64,000 nt of DNA, taken from NCBI GenBank assembly GCA_046347315.1, contig JAXMGJ010000008.1, forward strand, positions 1,304-65,303. The letters are read 5' to 3'. Each line of letters begins with the position of its first letter. Position 1 is the stretch's first letter. Below are positions 21,982 through 31,459 of the stretch, piece by piece. The stretch comes from Agitococcus sp. (lineage in GTDB: Bacteria; Pseudomonadota; Gammaproteobacteria; Pseudomonadales; Moraxellaceae). The notes under the pieces were generated by a model. That model was not told the origin of the DNA and did not search any database. It saw nothing but the letters and a program-made list of their open reading frames with translations. The position numbers were made by a program, and so were the translations under genes.

Positions 21982-22099
21982 TAGGACTTACGCAGTTATC
22001 GCTTTTTTGTTCACATTAACCCCTTGTATTCGGTACCCCCTTATTAAGCGGGGACAGAGGAGGCAAAAGTACTAATTTTGGCAAAATGCGTCAGTCCTA
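21982..22099 (-). mobile_element. MITE, 118-bp variant with a substituted internal hairpin
   Basis: Ends TAGGACTTACGC / GCGTCAGTCCTA. Both subterminal arms match the family in reverse orientation, but the centre (22020-22063) is unrelated sequence. Confidence 0.75.
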
Positions 22100-22180
22100 A
22101 TTTGTTACTGTTTAGCGCGATTGTTAATCGTATAAAGTCATGGCACATTTAACAGGGTATAGGTACAATACTTATCCCAA

Positions 22181-22234
22181 ACGCTAGCTGTAGAGATGCA
22201 CGGCTAGTCGTGTATCCTATTTGCATCTCGTGGA
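22181..22234 (+). promoter_or_regulatory. rpsO (S15) translational autoregulatory leader, pseudoknot candidate
   Basis: Stem GCTAGCTG/CGGCTAGT. The loop GAGATGCA (22193-22200) is complementary to TGCATCTC (22222-22229) next to the GGAG RBS. Confidence 0.7.
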
Positions 22235-22241
22235 GTAAAAA

Positions 22242-22511
22242 ATGGCATTAACAGTTGCCCAAAAACAAGCCATTATGGCTAAATTTGCTCGTGGTGAAGC
22301 TGACACAGGTTCACCAGAAGTTCAAGTTGCTTTGTTATCAGCACAAATTGATGATTTGCAATCACACTTCAAAGCCCATAAACACGACCATCATTCACGT
22401 CGTGGTTTGATTCGTATGGTTAACCAACGTCGCAGCTTGCTTGATTATCTCAAACGCAAAGATAGCAGTCGTTATGTTAGCTTGATTCAAGCATTGGGTC
22501 TGCGTCGTTAA
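22242..22511 (+). CDS. rpsO: 30S ribosomal protein S15
   Basis: [12 protein letters not shown] and [11 protein letters not shown]. Confidence 0.99.
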   Translation: MALTVAQKQAIMAKFARGEADTGSPEVQVALLSAQIDDLQSHFKAHKHDHHSRRGLIRMVNQRRSLLDYLKRKDSSRYVSLIQALGLRR

Positions 22512-22520
22512 GACCAGATA

Positions 22521-22542
22521 GGGAGCAGCAATGCTCCCTTTT
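22521..22542 (+). terminator. Intrinsic terminator after rpsO
   Basis: GGGAGCA-GCAA-TGCTCCC-TTTT. Confidence 0.8.
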
Positions 22543-22578
22543 CGCTATTTTGGCGTGGTTAGTTTAAAAATTATTGGC

Positions 22579-22633
22579 ATGGAGAGGCTACTAAGACTTG
22601 GGTTTATGTTGCTCAACTCTTAGTGGCCTCCAT
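22579..22633 (+). promoter_or_regulatory. pnp 5' leader stem-loop (probable RNase III autoregulation site)
   Basis: Long duplex ATGGAGAGGCTACTAAGA / TCTTAGTGGCCTCCAT upstream of pnp, in the position of the E. coli RNase III site. Confidence 0.65.
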
Positions 22634-22681
22634 AAGAAATGGGATAATCCCAAATTTACAAAAAACTGGAGTTCATTATCA

Positions 22682-24772
22682 ATGTTTAATGTTATCAAAA
22701 AAGAGTTTCAATTTGGCCGTGATACTGTTGTGTTAGAAACAGGTCGTGTTGCACGTCAGGCCAATACTGTTTTGATTACCATGGGTGGCGTGTCGGTATT
22801 AGTGGCAGTGGTTGCTGCAAAATCTGCCAAAGCAGGCCAAGACTTTTTTCCTTTAACTGTCAACTATCAAGAAAAATCGTATGCTGCGGGTCGTATTCCT
22901 GGTGGTTATTTTAAGCGTGAAGGTCGTGCCAGCGAAAAAGAAACCTTAACCTCACGTTTGATCGACCGTCCAATTCGTCCTTTATTCCCTGAAGGTTTTT
23001 ATAACGAGGTTCAAGTCACGGTGACCGTGGTTTCTACCGACAAAGAAAGTGACCCTGATATTGCAGCAATGTTAGGTACATCTGCTGCTTTGAGTATTGC
23101 AGGTATTCCTTTTAACGGGCCGATTGCAGGTGCGCGTGTAGGCTATATCAATGGCGAATACTTGTTAAATCCTACCTATAAAGAGTTAGCTGGCTCAGAT
23201 TTGGACTTAGTTGTTGCAGGTACAGATAAAGCGGTATTGATGGTTGAGTCCGAAGCTAAAGAATTAAGCGAAGACCAAATGCTCGGTGCAGTGTTATATG
23301 GCCACGAAGAAATGCAAGTGGCGATTGAAGCCATTAAAGCCTTTGCTGCTGAGGTTAATCCTGTGGCTTTGGTATGGTCAGCACCTGTGGCCAATATTGA
23401 GTTAAAAACAGCGTTAAAAGAAGCTTTTGCTGCGGCTATTTCTGATGCATATGCTATTGTTGAAAAACAAAGCCGTTATACTCGTTTAGATGAAATTAAA
23501 CAGCAGGCTCTAACTCAATTTGCAGCCGAAGAAAATCCTCAGTTTGACGCAGATGATGTGTTGACAGCTTTTGAAGATTTAAAATACCGCACCGTGCGCG
23601 ATAATATTTTGAGTGGTAAACCCCGTATTGATGGCCGTGCATTAGATACTGTTCGCGCCTTAGATGTACAAGTTGGCGTGTTGCCGCGAGTACATGGTTC
23701 TGCATTGTTTACCCGTGGTGAAACACAAGCCCTAGTGACTGCAACCTTAGGTGGAACACGCGATTCAATGGTGATTGATGCCTTGGAAGGTTCTTTTACT
23801 GATAACTTTATGTTGCACTATAATTTCCCTGCTTATTCCGTGGGTGAAACAGGACGCGAATCTGGTCCAAAACGTCGCGAGATTGGTCATGGTCGTTTGG
23901 CGCGTCGTGGTGTGCAGCCGATGTTGCCTGCTGCTGACAAATTCCCATATGCCATTCGTGTAGTATCTGATATTACGGAGTCAAATGGTTCATCTTCAAT
24001 GGCCTCGGTATGTGGTGCATCATTAGCATTGATGGATGCAGGCGTTCCTCTAAAAGCACCAGTAGCAGGTATTGCGATGGGCTTGGTTAAAGAGGATGAG
24101 CGTTTTGCTGTATTGTCGGATATTTTGGGTGATGAAGACCATTTGGGTGATATGGATTTTAAAGTGGCAGGTAGTGCCAATGGTATCACTGCTTTGCAAA
24201 TGGATATTAAAATTGAAGGCATCACCGAAGAAATTATGGAAGTAGCCTTAAATCAAGCGCGTGCTGGACGTTTACATATTTTAGCAGCCATGAATCAAGT
24301 GATTGCTAATGCTCGACCAGACGTTAGTATTCATGCACCAACCTATGCCACTTTGCAAATTAATCCCGAAAAAATTCGTGATGTGATTGGTAAAGGTGGC
24401 GCAACGATTCGTGCTATTTGCGAAGAAACCAAAGCCACAATTGATATTGAAGACAATGGTTTTGTGCGTATTTATGGTGAAACCAAAGGTGCAACCCAAG
24501 CTGCTTTAGCTAAAGTACAAGCCATTACTGCCGAAGTAGAAGTAGGCGCGGTTTATGATGGCTTGGTATCTAAAGTTGTTGACTTTGGTGCCTTTGTGAC
24601 CATTATGCCAGGTACAGATGGTTTAGTACACATTTCTCAAATTACCACACAACGAGTAGAAAATGTCAGTGACTATCTAAAAGAAGGTCAAACTGTCAAA
24701 GTACGTGTAATGGATGTTGATCAACGCGGTCGTATTAAATTGTCAATGAAAGATGTAGAGTTGGCTGTTTAA
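22682..24772 (+). CDS. pnp: Polyribonucleotide nucleotidyltransferase (PNPase)
   Basis: [47 protein letters not shown] and S1 domains. Start moved to ATG 22682. Confidence 0.98.
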   Translation: MFNVIKKEFQFGRDTVVLETGRVARQANTVLITMGGVSVLVAVVAAKSAKAGQDFFPLTVNYQEKSYAAGRIPGGYFKREGRASEKETLTSRLIDRPIRPLFPEGFYNEVQVTVTVVSTDKESDPDIAAMLGTSAALSIAGIPFNGPIAGARVGYINGEYLLNPTYKELAGSDLDLVVAGTDKAVLMVESEAKELSEDQMLGAVLYGHEEMQVAIEAIKAFAAEVNPVALVWSAPVANIELKTALKEAFAAAISDAYAIVEKQSRYTRLDEIKQQALTQFAAEENPQFDADDVLTAFEDLKYRTVRDNILSGKPRIDGRALDTVRALDVQVGVLPRVHGSALFTRGETQALVTATLGGTRDSMVIDALEGSFTDNFMLHYNFPAYSVGETGRESGPKRREIGHGRLARRGVQPMLPAADKFPYAIRVVSDITESNGSSSMASVCGASLALMDAGVPLKAPVAGIAMGLVKEDERFAVLSDILGDEDHLGDMDFKVAGSANGITALQMDIKIEGITEEIMEVALNQARAGRLHILAAMNQVIANARPDVSIHAPTYATLQINPEKIRDVIGKGGATIRAICEETKATIDIEDNGFVRIYGETKGATQAALAKVQAITAEVEVGAVYDGLVSKVVDFGAFVTIMPGTDGLVHISQITTQRVENVSDYLKEGQTVKVRVMDVDQRGRIKLSMKDVELAV

Positions 24773-24958
24773 TAAGGTATTCACAAATAAACTAGTAGTT
24801 TATGTGTTGAAAAAGTTGCAATACAAGCATTAACGTGTTTGTATTGCCCTTGAAGCTAGTCATTGGCTGGTTGCTTATCAATAACAATATATTTATTCGG
24901 TAGCATGAAGCACTTGAATATTGACGATAACTTAAAAAAACAAGTTTGGAGATAAAGC

Positions 24959-25996
24959 ATGAAGTTTGCACACTATTTGCGTTTAGGTGTGGTTTGCTCT
25001 GTGATTGGAGCGCAAGCATTACTGTCAGGTTGTTCTCAAGTCGTTAAAGGTGGGGCACACATTGCGCTGTCTTTTAGTGAAAGCTATATCGTACCTCCAA
25101 TTTTAAAAATCAATGATGCACCGATGGCCTGTGCTTCTGGAGAAGCAATGACGCCGTTGATTTTGGCAACACAGGGTATGGGTGCTGACCCTGCCAAAAT
25201 GGCTGTGTTTATGTATGTATCTGCAGGTTTGTGTGCCGAAGAGCGTGCTTTAGAAAATGAGTTACGTTATTTACGTGCGTCTCGTGTCAATATGATTGAA
25301 GAAGCTCAAGATGCTCGTATCAATCAAAAACGTTGGGCAGCGGTAGCCGCACGTCGTCAACAAGAAGCATATGTCCGATTTGTTGAGCGTTTTGAAAAAG
25401 AGTTTAAATTTAAAATTGGTGCATCTTGTCCAACCTTGCGTGAAGATTTTGATAAATTAGTCTATTTGGTCGGTTTAACATCGGGTATGCAAGCGATTGT
25501 TAACGATATTGCAGCACAAGGGGCAGTTGGTGTTCCTAAAGATATCGCAGCAATCGTAGAACGCGGTATGGCCTGTTTAGATAACACAGAGTATTGGGGC
25601 GTACCTATGGCGACTCGTGCTGCTGTGTGGTCATTGTTACCAGGTGCGAGTGAAGGTAAGCCCGATCCATTCTCGGTGATGAAAGATTCCACTCGTATTG
25701 CAGAACGTAAAGGTGTGCGTTTTGCTCATGCAGTCTATGCCTTGGCAGCACAAGCTAAGGGTGATGAAGCTGTGTTAAGAGATGCACTCAAAACATTTGG
25801 TGCATCAAGTAATATGGCAGTAAACCCGCAATACCGTTTATTTGACGCCATTGGTGGCATGATGGTGCAAACAATTTCTGACCGCTATTGGACAGAAAAA
25901 ACGGGCACTCGTACCCCAGAAGATGGTTTTACCAAGTTTTGGGATGATAAACCATCAGCGGAGTCAACAGGCGTTTCTATTGACGATTTGCTTTAA
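24959..25996 (+). CDS. Helical lipoprotein, putative TatT-like accessory component of the TRAP system
   Basis: Lipobox LSGC, Ala-rich predicted helical composition, first gene of a TRAP cluster. TatT identity is inferred from context. Confidence 0.55.
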   Translation: MKFAHYLRLGVVCSVIGAQALLSGCSQVVKGGAHIALSFSESYIVPPILKINDAPMACASGEAMTPLILATQGMGADPAKMAVFMYVSAGLCAEERALENELRYLRASRVNMIEEAQDARINQKRWAAVAARRQQEAYVRFVERFEKEFKFKIGASCPTLREDFDKLVYLVGLTSGMQAIVNDIAAQGAVGVPKDIAAIVERGMACLDNTEYWGVPMATRAAVWSLLPGASEGKPDPFSVMKDSTRIAERKGVRFAHAVYALAAQAKGDEAVLRDALKTFGASSNMAVNPQYRLFDAIGGMMVQTISDRYWTEKTGTRTPEDGFTKFWDDKPSAESTGVSIDDLL

Positions 25997-26006
25997 AAAA
26001 CTCCTT

Positions 26007-26039
26007 ACAGACTCATGTTTATCATGAGTCTGTTATTTG
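26007..26039 (+). terminator. Hairpin after the lipoprotein gene
   Basis: 11-bp stem ACAGACTCATG / CATGAGTCTGT followed by TATTT. Confidence 0.6.
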
Positions 26040-26068
26040 TGATTATGTGTCATAAAGGATAAAGCAGT

Positions 26069-27085
26069 GTGATGTGGACAAAAATTGCAGCATTGATTCA
26101 AATTTTTTGTTTGCTTGCTTTTTCGGTGCGTGCTGGTGCAGATGATACTGTATCCAAACGCATACTTTGTGTTTGGGATTTAATGGGTGCAAACGGAGAT
26201 AATTATTCTTTAATGAAGGATTATCGGCTCGCTGCTAAAGAATGGAATGTCAACTTACAACTCAAAGCTTATACCGATGAAAAGATAGCAACAGAAGATT
26301 TTAGGGTTGGCCAGTGTGATGGGGTGGTGATTACAGGCTTGCGAGCCAAGCCCTTTAATACTTTTGTCGGAAGTTTAGAGTCAATAGGTGCCATCCCGAC
26401 TTATCAGCACCTTAGAATGGTGATAGCCGCAATTAGTAGTCCCAAAGCGGCTTCTTTGATGAGCCAAGATGCTTATGAAGTTGCAGGTGTGATGCCACTC
26501 GGTTCGGCATATTTGTTTTTACGTGACCGTTCCATTGACGAAGTAGGAAAGCTAGCAGGCAAAAAAATAGCTGTCTTTGATTATGATAAGTCGCAATCAC
26601 AATTAGTACGTGGCGTGGGAGCACAGGCAGTTCCATCGGATATAAGTAATTTTGCTGCCAAGTTTAATAATGGTGTCGTGGACGTCATTGCTGCTCCCGC
26701 AACAGCTTATCGTCCGCTAGAGCTATATCGTGGTTTGGGTGAAAAAGGAGGGATTCCTGATTTTTTGGTTGCACAAGTATTTTTACAGGTTGTAATTCGT
26801 AAAGACAGATTCCCCGAAGGTTTTGGTCAAAAGTCTAGAACTTATTTATTAAGTCAATTAGAGCGTGTGTTATCGGCTGTTGAGCGTTACGAAAAAGATA
26901 TTGATCCTAAGTATTGGTTGCATATACCTGATGAAGATAGACCGCGTTATATTACGTTGATGCGTGATGCACGGATTAAACTAACAAAAGATGGGATATA
27001 CGACAAACGCATGATGTCTTTACTCAAAAGGGTGCGTTGTCAAGTTGAGCCAAGTAATGCTGAGTGTAGTCAAAATTTAGAGTAA
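26069..27085 (+). CDS. Periplasmic solute-binding protein, DctP-fold AdeT/DUF6091-like
   Basis: Signal peptide, plus CVWDLMGANGD, AYTDEKIATEDF, LAGKKIAVFDYD, FNNG.VD, AYRPLELYRG and a terminal LKRVRC...AEC. Confidence 0.75.
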   Translation: MMWTKIAALIQIFCLLAFSVRAGADDTVSKRILCVWDLMGANGDNYSLMKDYRLAAKEWNVNLQLKAYTDEKIATEDFRVGQCDGVVITGLRAKPFNTFVGSLESIGAIPTYQHLRMVIAAISSPKAASLMSQDAYEVAGVMPLGSAYLFLRDRSIDEVGKLAGKKIAVFDYDKSQSQLVRGVGAQAVPSDISNFAAKFNNGVVDVIAAPATAYRPLELYRGLGEKGGIPDFLVAQVFLQVVIRKDRFPEGFGQKSRTYLLSQLERVLSAVERYEKDIDPKYWLHIPDEDRPRYITLMRDARIKLTKDGIYDKRMMSLLKRVRCQVEPSNAECSQNLE

Positions 27086-27253
27086 AAATAATAATGACGT
27101 AGAGCAGCGCATTGTCGTCCATAGCATGTTGCTACCTTTGTCGTCGTTTTAAAGCAAGAAGATAGTCTTATTTACTTGCATAATAGAGGCTTGCCTCTTT
27201 AGGGGTTGCATTTTTATATGCAGTGTTTGTTTTACAGCTAGAAGCAGGACAAT

Positions 27254-29341
27254 ATGAACCAGAAACCTGTATTTTTAAACCGTTCTTTATCGGAATGGTT
27301 ATCAAGTCTGCCTGTTTTGATGTTGCTTATACTGACTTTGGTGATTGGCACAGGTGAAATGATTCACGGCCAGCTATTGCGTATGGGTGAGAGAATTTTT
27401 GGCGACCCTGCAACTGGGGTACAATATTTTATGTTACGGGCAGATCCTGCTAAGCCTGACTGTGATACTAACCCTGACATTGAAGCCGAAGTCCAAAAAA
27501 AGATCAATAATACAGGCCAAGATGATGCCTTTGGTGGCTTATTTGCTGATGAAGTGGTTGATCCAGAAGCAGTTAGACAGTCGTTGTTGACCGCACGAGA
27601 TCAATGTGTTCAAAAAAATGAAGCATATGTCAAGCTCACCAAACATATTACCCCCACGCTCAAGGCCTATCGCTCTTTTGAAACAGCTTTTTTTGGCGTC
27701 TTTAGATTTGGTACCGAAAATCGCTCGGTTATTTTGATTCTAATGGTCGCAATTGCCGCCACAACCACAACATTGGGCTTGCATCATATTGCTTTAAGGC
27801 CACCTTCAACCAAAACTGACTTTAAAGTCTATTCAATAGCAATGGTTGTTGCTAATGTGCTGTTATTAGCCTCTAGTATTTCATATTGGAAATTACAGTT
27901 GGCCTCTGGTATTCCGATTGAGCATCCGATTGTTAATTATCTGTGGGTCGGTTTATTCTCGGCATTGATTGTGATTAGCATCAAGCAATTCATAAAACCC
28001 CCTGCTGAAGCAACCGAAGGCGGTAGTATCGGTATGGCTCTGTTATCTGTGCCCTTGTATGCTTTTATGGCACTCAATGCGGGATTCTCCTTCTTAGCCG
28101 AAAAACACTATTCAGGTTTGGCGATTTATTTAGGCCAAATGATGGAGTTGTCAGGTGTATTCTTAAATTTGGCACTATACATTTGGGTTGGTATGTTGCT
28201 TAAACAGACCCGTGTGGTTGACTTGTTCTTGAATATTGTACGCCCGTGGAAGTTTTCGCCAGAAGTACTCACTTATATCATCCTTTTGGCTGCTGCTATT
28301 CCAACGGCTTATACAGGTGCATCGGGTATTTTTGTGATTGCAGCAGGTGCGGTGATTTATAAAGAGGTATTTGCTTCAGGTGCACGTCGTCAATATGCCT
28401 TGGCCGCCACTGCTATGTCAGGCTCTTTAGGTGTGGTGTTAAGCCCATGTTTGTTGGTCGTGGTGATTGCCGCGCTCAATAAAGAAGTGACTACTTCGTT
28501 ACTTTATGGCTGGGGTATTAAGGTTTTCTTATTAACTTCAACCATGTTTTTAATTATGTCTTTGGTGATATCTAAAGGTGGTTTCAAGTTAGCCAAGCCT
28601 TCAGAAGCGTTACCACATTCTGCTCGCGCTTTAGTGCCTGTGTCTGCTTATGTGGTGATTATTTTAATTGTGGTTTTATTCTATAAACACATTTTAAATA
28701 CTCAGCTTGACGAGTTTACCGCACCAATGATTTTGCCTTTTATTATGTTGGCGATAGTGTGGTTTGATAAAGTACGTCGCGAGCCCGTTGCTCATGTTGC
28801 TCCAGAAATTGCTGAGCGTCGAGTCGGTTTTGAAGAAGGTGTACGGACTGCAACCAATGACACTATTGGTCATATTGGTGCCTTGATTATGCTAATGGCA
28901 CTCTCGGTGAGTGTGGGTGGTGTGATTGAACGTTCAGGCTTGATGGAGGCTGTGCCAGAAACCTTTGGTAGTGTTTGGGTCGCTGTGTCAATTTTAATGG
29001 TGTTGTTAGTATTTGTAGGGATGATTATGGATCCCTTTGGTGCAGTTATTTTGGTTTCTGCAACCGTTGCACCGATTGCCTACAAAAATGGCATTGATCC
29101 AGTTCACTTTTGGATGATTGTATTAACCGCCTTTGAATTGGGGTATTTGTCACCACCTGTGGCACTCAACCAACTCTTAACACGACAAGTTGTTGGTGAA
29201 AAAGAGATGGATGAGGCCGATGCCGAAGTGCGTCACTTATCCTTCTATTGGCGTTATGAACGTTGGATTTTACCGCTGTTAGTCATGGTTCCATCCTTGA
29301 TTATGGTGGTATATGTTCCATTGTTGTTTTATGCTAAATAA
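27254..29341 (+). CDS. TRAP transporter large permease (DctM-like) with N-terminal extension
   Basis: Many TM helices, with SGSLGVVLSP, GMIMDP, GIDPVHFW and ELGYLSPPVALN. Periplasmic loop containing a Cys pair. Confidence 0.85.
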   Translation: MNQKPVFLNRSLSEWLSSLPVLMLLILTLVIGTGEMIHGQLLRMGERIFGDPATGVQYFMLRADPAKPDCDTNPDIEAEVQKKINNTGQDDAFGGLFADEVVDPEAVRQSLLTARDQCVQKNEAYVKLTKHITPTLKAYRSFETAFFGVFRFGTENRSVILILMVAIAATTTTLGLHHIALRPPSTKTDFKVYSIAMVVANVLLLASSISYWKLQLASGIPIEHPIVNYLWVGLFSALIVISIKQFIKPPAEATEGGSIGMALLSVPLYAFMALNAGFSFLAEKHYSGLAIYLGQMMELSGVFLNLALYIWVGMLLKQTRVVDLFLNIVRPWKFSPEVLTYIILLAAAIPTAYTGASGIFVIAAGAVIYKEVFASGARRQYALAATAMSGSLGVVLSPCLLVVVIAALNKEVTTSLLYGWGIKVFLLTSTMFLIMSLVISKGGFKLAKPSEALPHSARALVPVSAYVVIILIVVLFYKHILNTQLDEFTAPMILPFIMLAIVWFDKVRREPVAHVAPEIAERRVGFEEGVRTATNDTIGHIGALIMLMALSVSVGGVIERSGLMEAVPETFGSVWVAVSILMVLLVFVGMIMDPFGAVILVSATVAPIAYKNGIDPVHFWMIVLTAFELGYLSPPVALNQLLTRQVVGEKEMDEADAEVRHLSFYWRYERWILPLLVMVPSLIMVVYVPLLFYAK

Positions 29342-29358
29342 CAATTAGTGATATTTAC

Positions 29359-29388
29359 AAAAGCCGACCGTCAAACAGTCGGCTTTTT
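29359..29388 (+). terminator. Intrinsic terminator after the TRAP permease
   Basis: AAAAGCCGAC / GTCGGCTTTTT. Confidence 0.8.
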
Positions 29389-29401
29389 ATTTGGAACCAA
29401 T

Positions 29402-29983
29402 ATGTCCAGTGCAAACATTAAATTAGTGGCTGTTTTGTGGCTAATATTTATAACTACACAATTTATTGGCATAAAAAGCTTTTGGTTTGCGCGTGATTTG
29501 CTTGAACAAGGTCAGTGGTGGCGTTTACTGAGTGCCCATTTTATCCATGCCAATCAGATTCATTTGCTATTAAATATGTTGGCATTAGCATTGGTTTTAG
29601 CTTTATTTGATAGGGTTTTTGATTTATATCAATGGCTATTATTGATAATCATATCTGCTTTTATTCAAAGCATGGTATTGTATTTATATATGCCAAAAGT
29701 GACATATTATGTTGGTTTTTCGGGAGTTATTCATAGTTTATATGTGGCAGGTGCAATCAAATTGCTAGCCAACGCACAAGAACGTCGTTTTGGATATATT
29801 TTATTGTGTTTAGTGACATTAAAACTACTGACAGAAGGTTTAGGGCAAGGTATATCTGTCACCGAAAAAATGATTGGTGGTCATGTACTCACAGAAGCTC
29901 ATTTAATGGGAGCAATTATTGGCTTAGCTTATAGTGTGGCTGTGATTGTTGTAAAAAAGATACAATTTAGACTCAATACCTGA
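29402..29983 (+). CDS. Rhomboid family intramembrane serine protease, rhombosortase-like
   Basis: GQWWRLLSAHFIH...HLLLN, catalytic GFSGVIH and EAHLMG. Start moved to ATG 29402. Confidence 0.8.
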   Translation: MSSANIKLVAVLWLIFITTQFIGIKSFWFARDLLEQGQWWRLLSAHFIHANQIHLLLNMLALALVLALFDRVFDLYQWLLLIIISAFIQSMVLYLYMPKVTYYVGFSGVIHSLYVAGAIKLLANAQERRFGYILLCLVTLKLLTEGLGQGISVTEKMIGGHVLTEAHLMGAIIGLAYSVAVIVVKKIQFRLNT

Positions 29984-30014
29984 GACAAATTTTTAGTTTT
30001 TGAGATTTTAGCTC

Positions 30015-30680
30015 ATGATTAGATGGCATACTCTTTTTTGGTTATTATGTTGTTGTGTGACTCAGGTATGGGCTAATGACACGGTAAAAAATTCTGGTCT
30101 TATTCTAGACAAAAATAATATTAAAATTTGGAAATATAAAGTGCCGCAAAGTGCTTTGTATGGTTTTAAAGCAACCACGGTTGTTAAAAGTAGTTTATCG
30201 GGCTTAGTTGCATTGATTACCGATACCGATAATCCTAGCCGCTGGCTATATCGAACCGCACGTATTGATGTGTTGATGCGTGACGATGTTCAACAAAACT
30301 TTACTATTCGTGTCATTACCGATTTTCCTTGGCCATTTACTGACCGAGAAGCCCTTGTTGATGTCAAAATTAGCCAAGATGCAAAAGGAATAGTGAGGAT
30401 TGATAGCAATGAGTCAGCTTATTCTGCCAAATATCCAGTCAGTGATTGTTGTTTAAGAATGCCAATGGTTAAAGGTTTTTGGCTGTTTAAACCATTAGGA
30501 AATGGTTTGATTGAGGTGACCATGTCTGGTCATGCTGACCCAGGTGGCCGTATTCCTGTGGGGGCAGTAAACTTTTTAATTCAAGAGCATCCCTATAATA
30601 CCTTGATGGGCTTGCAAAATGTGATTGGTGAAGACCGTTATCAAAAAACGGTTAATACACATATTAAAGAGCCTTTATAA
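30015..30680 (+). CDS. Secreted START-domain (lipid-binding) protein
   Basis: Signal peptide, FPWPFTDRE, G.W.FKP and ADPGGRIP..AVN. Confidence 0.82.
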   Translation: MIRWHTLFWLLCCCVTQVWANDTVKNSGLILDKNNIKIWKYKVPQSALYGFKATTVVKSSLSGLVALITDTDNPSRWLYRTARIDVLMRDDVQQNFTIRVITDFPWPFTDREALVDVKISQDAKGIVRIDSNESAYSAKYPVSDCCLRMPMVKGFWLFKPLGNGLIEVTMSGHADPGGRIPVGAVNFLIQEHPYNTLMGLQNVIGEDRYQKTVNTHIKEPL

Positions 30681-30697
30681 ATATAGAGTATAACTAG

Positions 30698-31390
30698 ATG
30701 ACTCTACGCAGCTTTATACTTCGTGGCATACTCGTAGTTGTTGCGTGCATCATTTTTTATTATGCGTGGTTATGTGCCAATATTTGGTGGTGGATAGATC
30801 ACAATCCACAAACTACCTCATTTATGGAAACGCAACGCGCAGTGTTGCAAGATAAAAATCCAGAGGTAGAATTAAAACATCGTTGGGTGGACTACAAAAA
30901 TATTTCTCCAAACATTAAAAAAGCATTGATTGCCTCAGAAGATGCAAAGTTTTTGGCACACGAAGGCTTTGACTGGGAGGGTATTCAAGACGCATGGGAG
31001 AAAAATCTTAAAAAAGGCAAAATTGTGGCTGGAGGCTCAACAATTTCTCAACAACTTGCTAAAAATCTGTTTTTGTCCAGTAAAAAAACACCGTGGCGCA
31101 AGCTAGAGGAGGCAGCAATTACGGTGATGATGGAAAATATGATGAGCAAAAAACGGATATTTGAAATCTATTTAAATGTCATTGAATGGGGTAATGGTGT
31201 TTTTGGCATTGAAGCAGCAGCACGACATTATTATAAAAAGAGTGCCCGTTATTTGACCGCTGCCGAGGCTGCAAAATTAGCTGCGATGGTTCCTAATCCG
31301 CGTTATTACGACAAAAATCGTTTTGATAAAAAGTTGTTACGTAAAGCACGGATTATTCAACGACGGATGTATTATGCTGATTATCCTTAA
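30698..31390 (+). CDS. mtgA: Monofunctional biosynthetic peptidoglycan transglycosylase
   Basis: SEDAKFLAHEGFD, GGSTISQQLAKNLFL, RKLEE and YLNVIEWG. Confidence 0.95.
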   Translation: MTLRSFILRGILVVVACIIFYYAWLCANIWWWIDHNPQTTSFMETQRAVLQDKNPEVELKHRWVDYKNISPNIKKALIASEDAKFLAHEGFDWEGIQDAWEKNLKKGKIVAGGSTISQQLAKNLFLSSKKTPWRKLEEAAITVMMENMMSKKRIFEIYLNVIEWGNGVFGIEAAARHYYKKSARYLTAAEAAKLAAMVPNPRYYDKNRFDKKLLRKARIIQRRMYYADYP

Positions 31391-31459
31391 TATTCATTAA
31401 ATTGACATATGTTTTTGTTATGATTAAAAGTTTATAAATGCTTAATAAGAGTTAAACAA

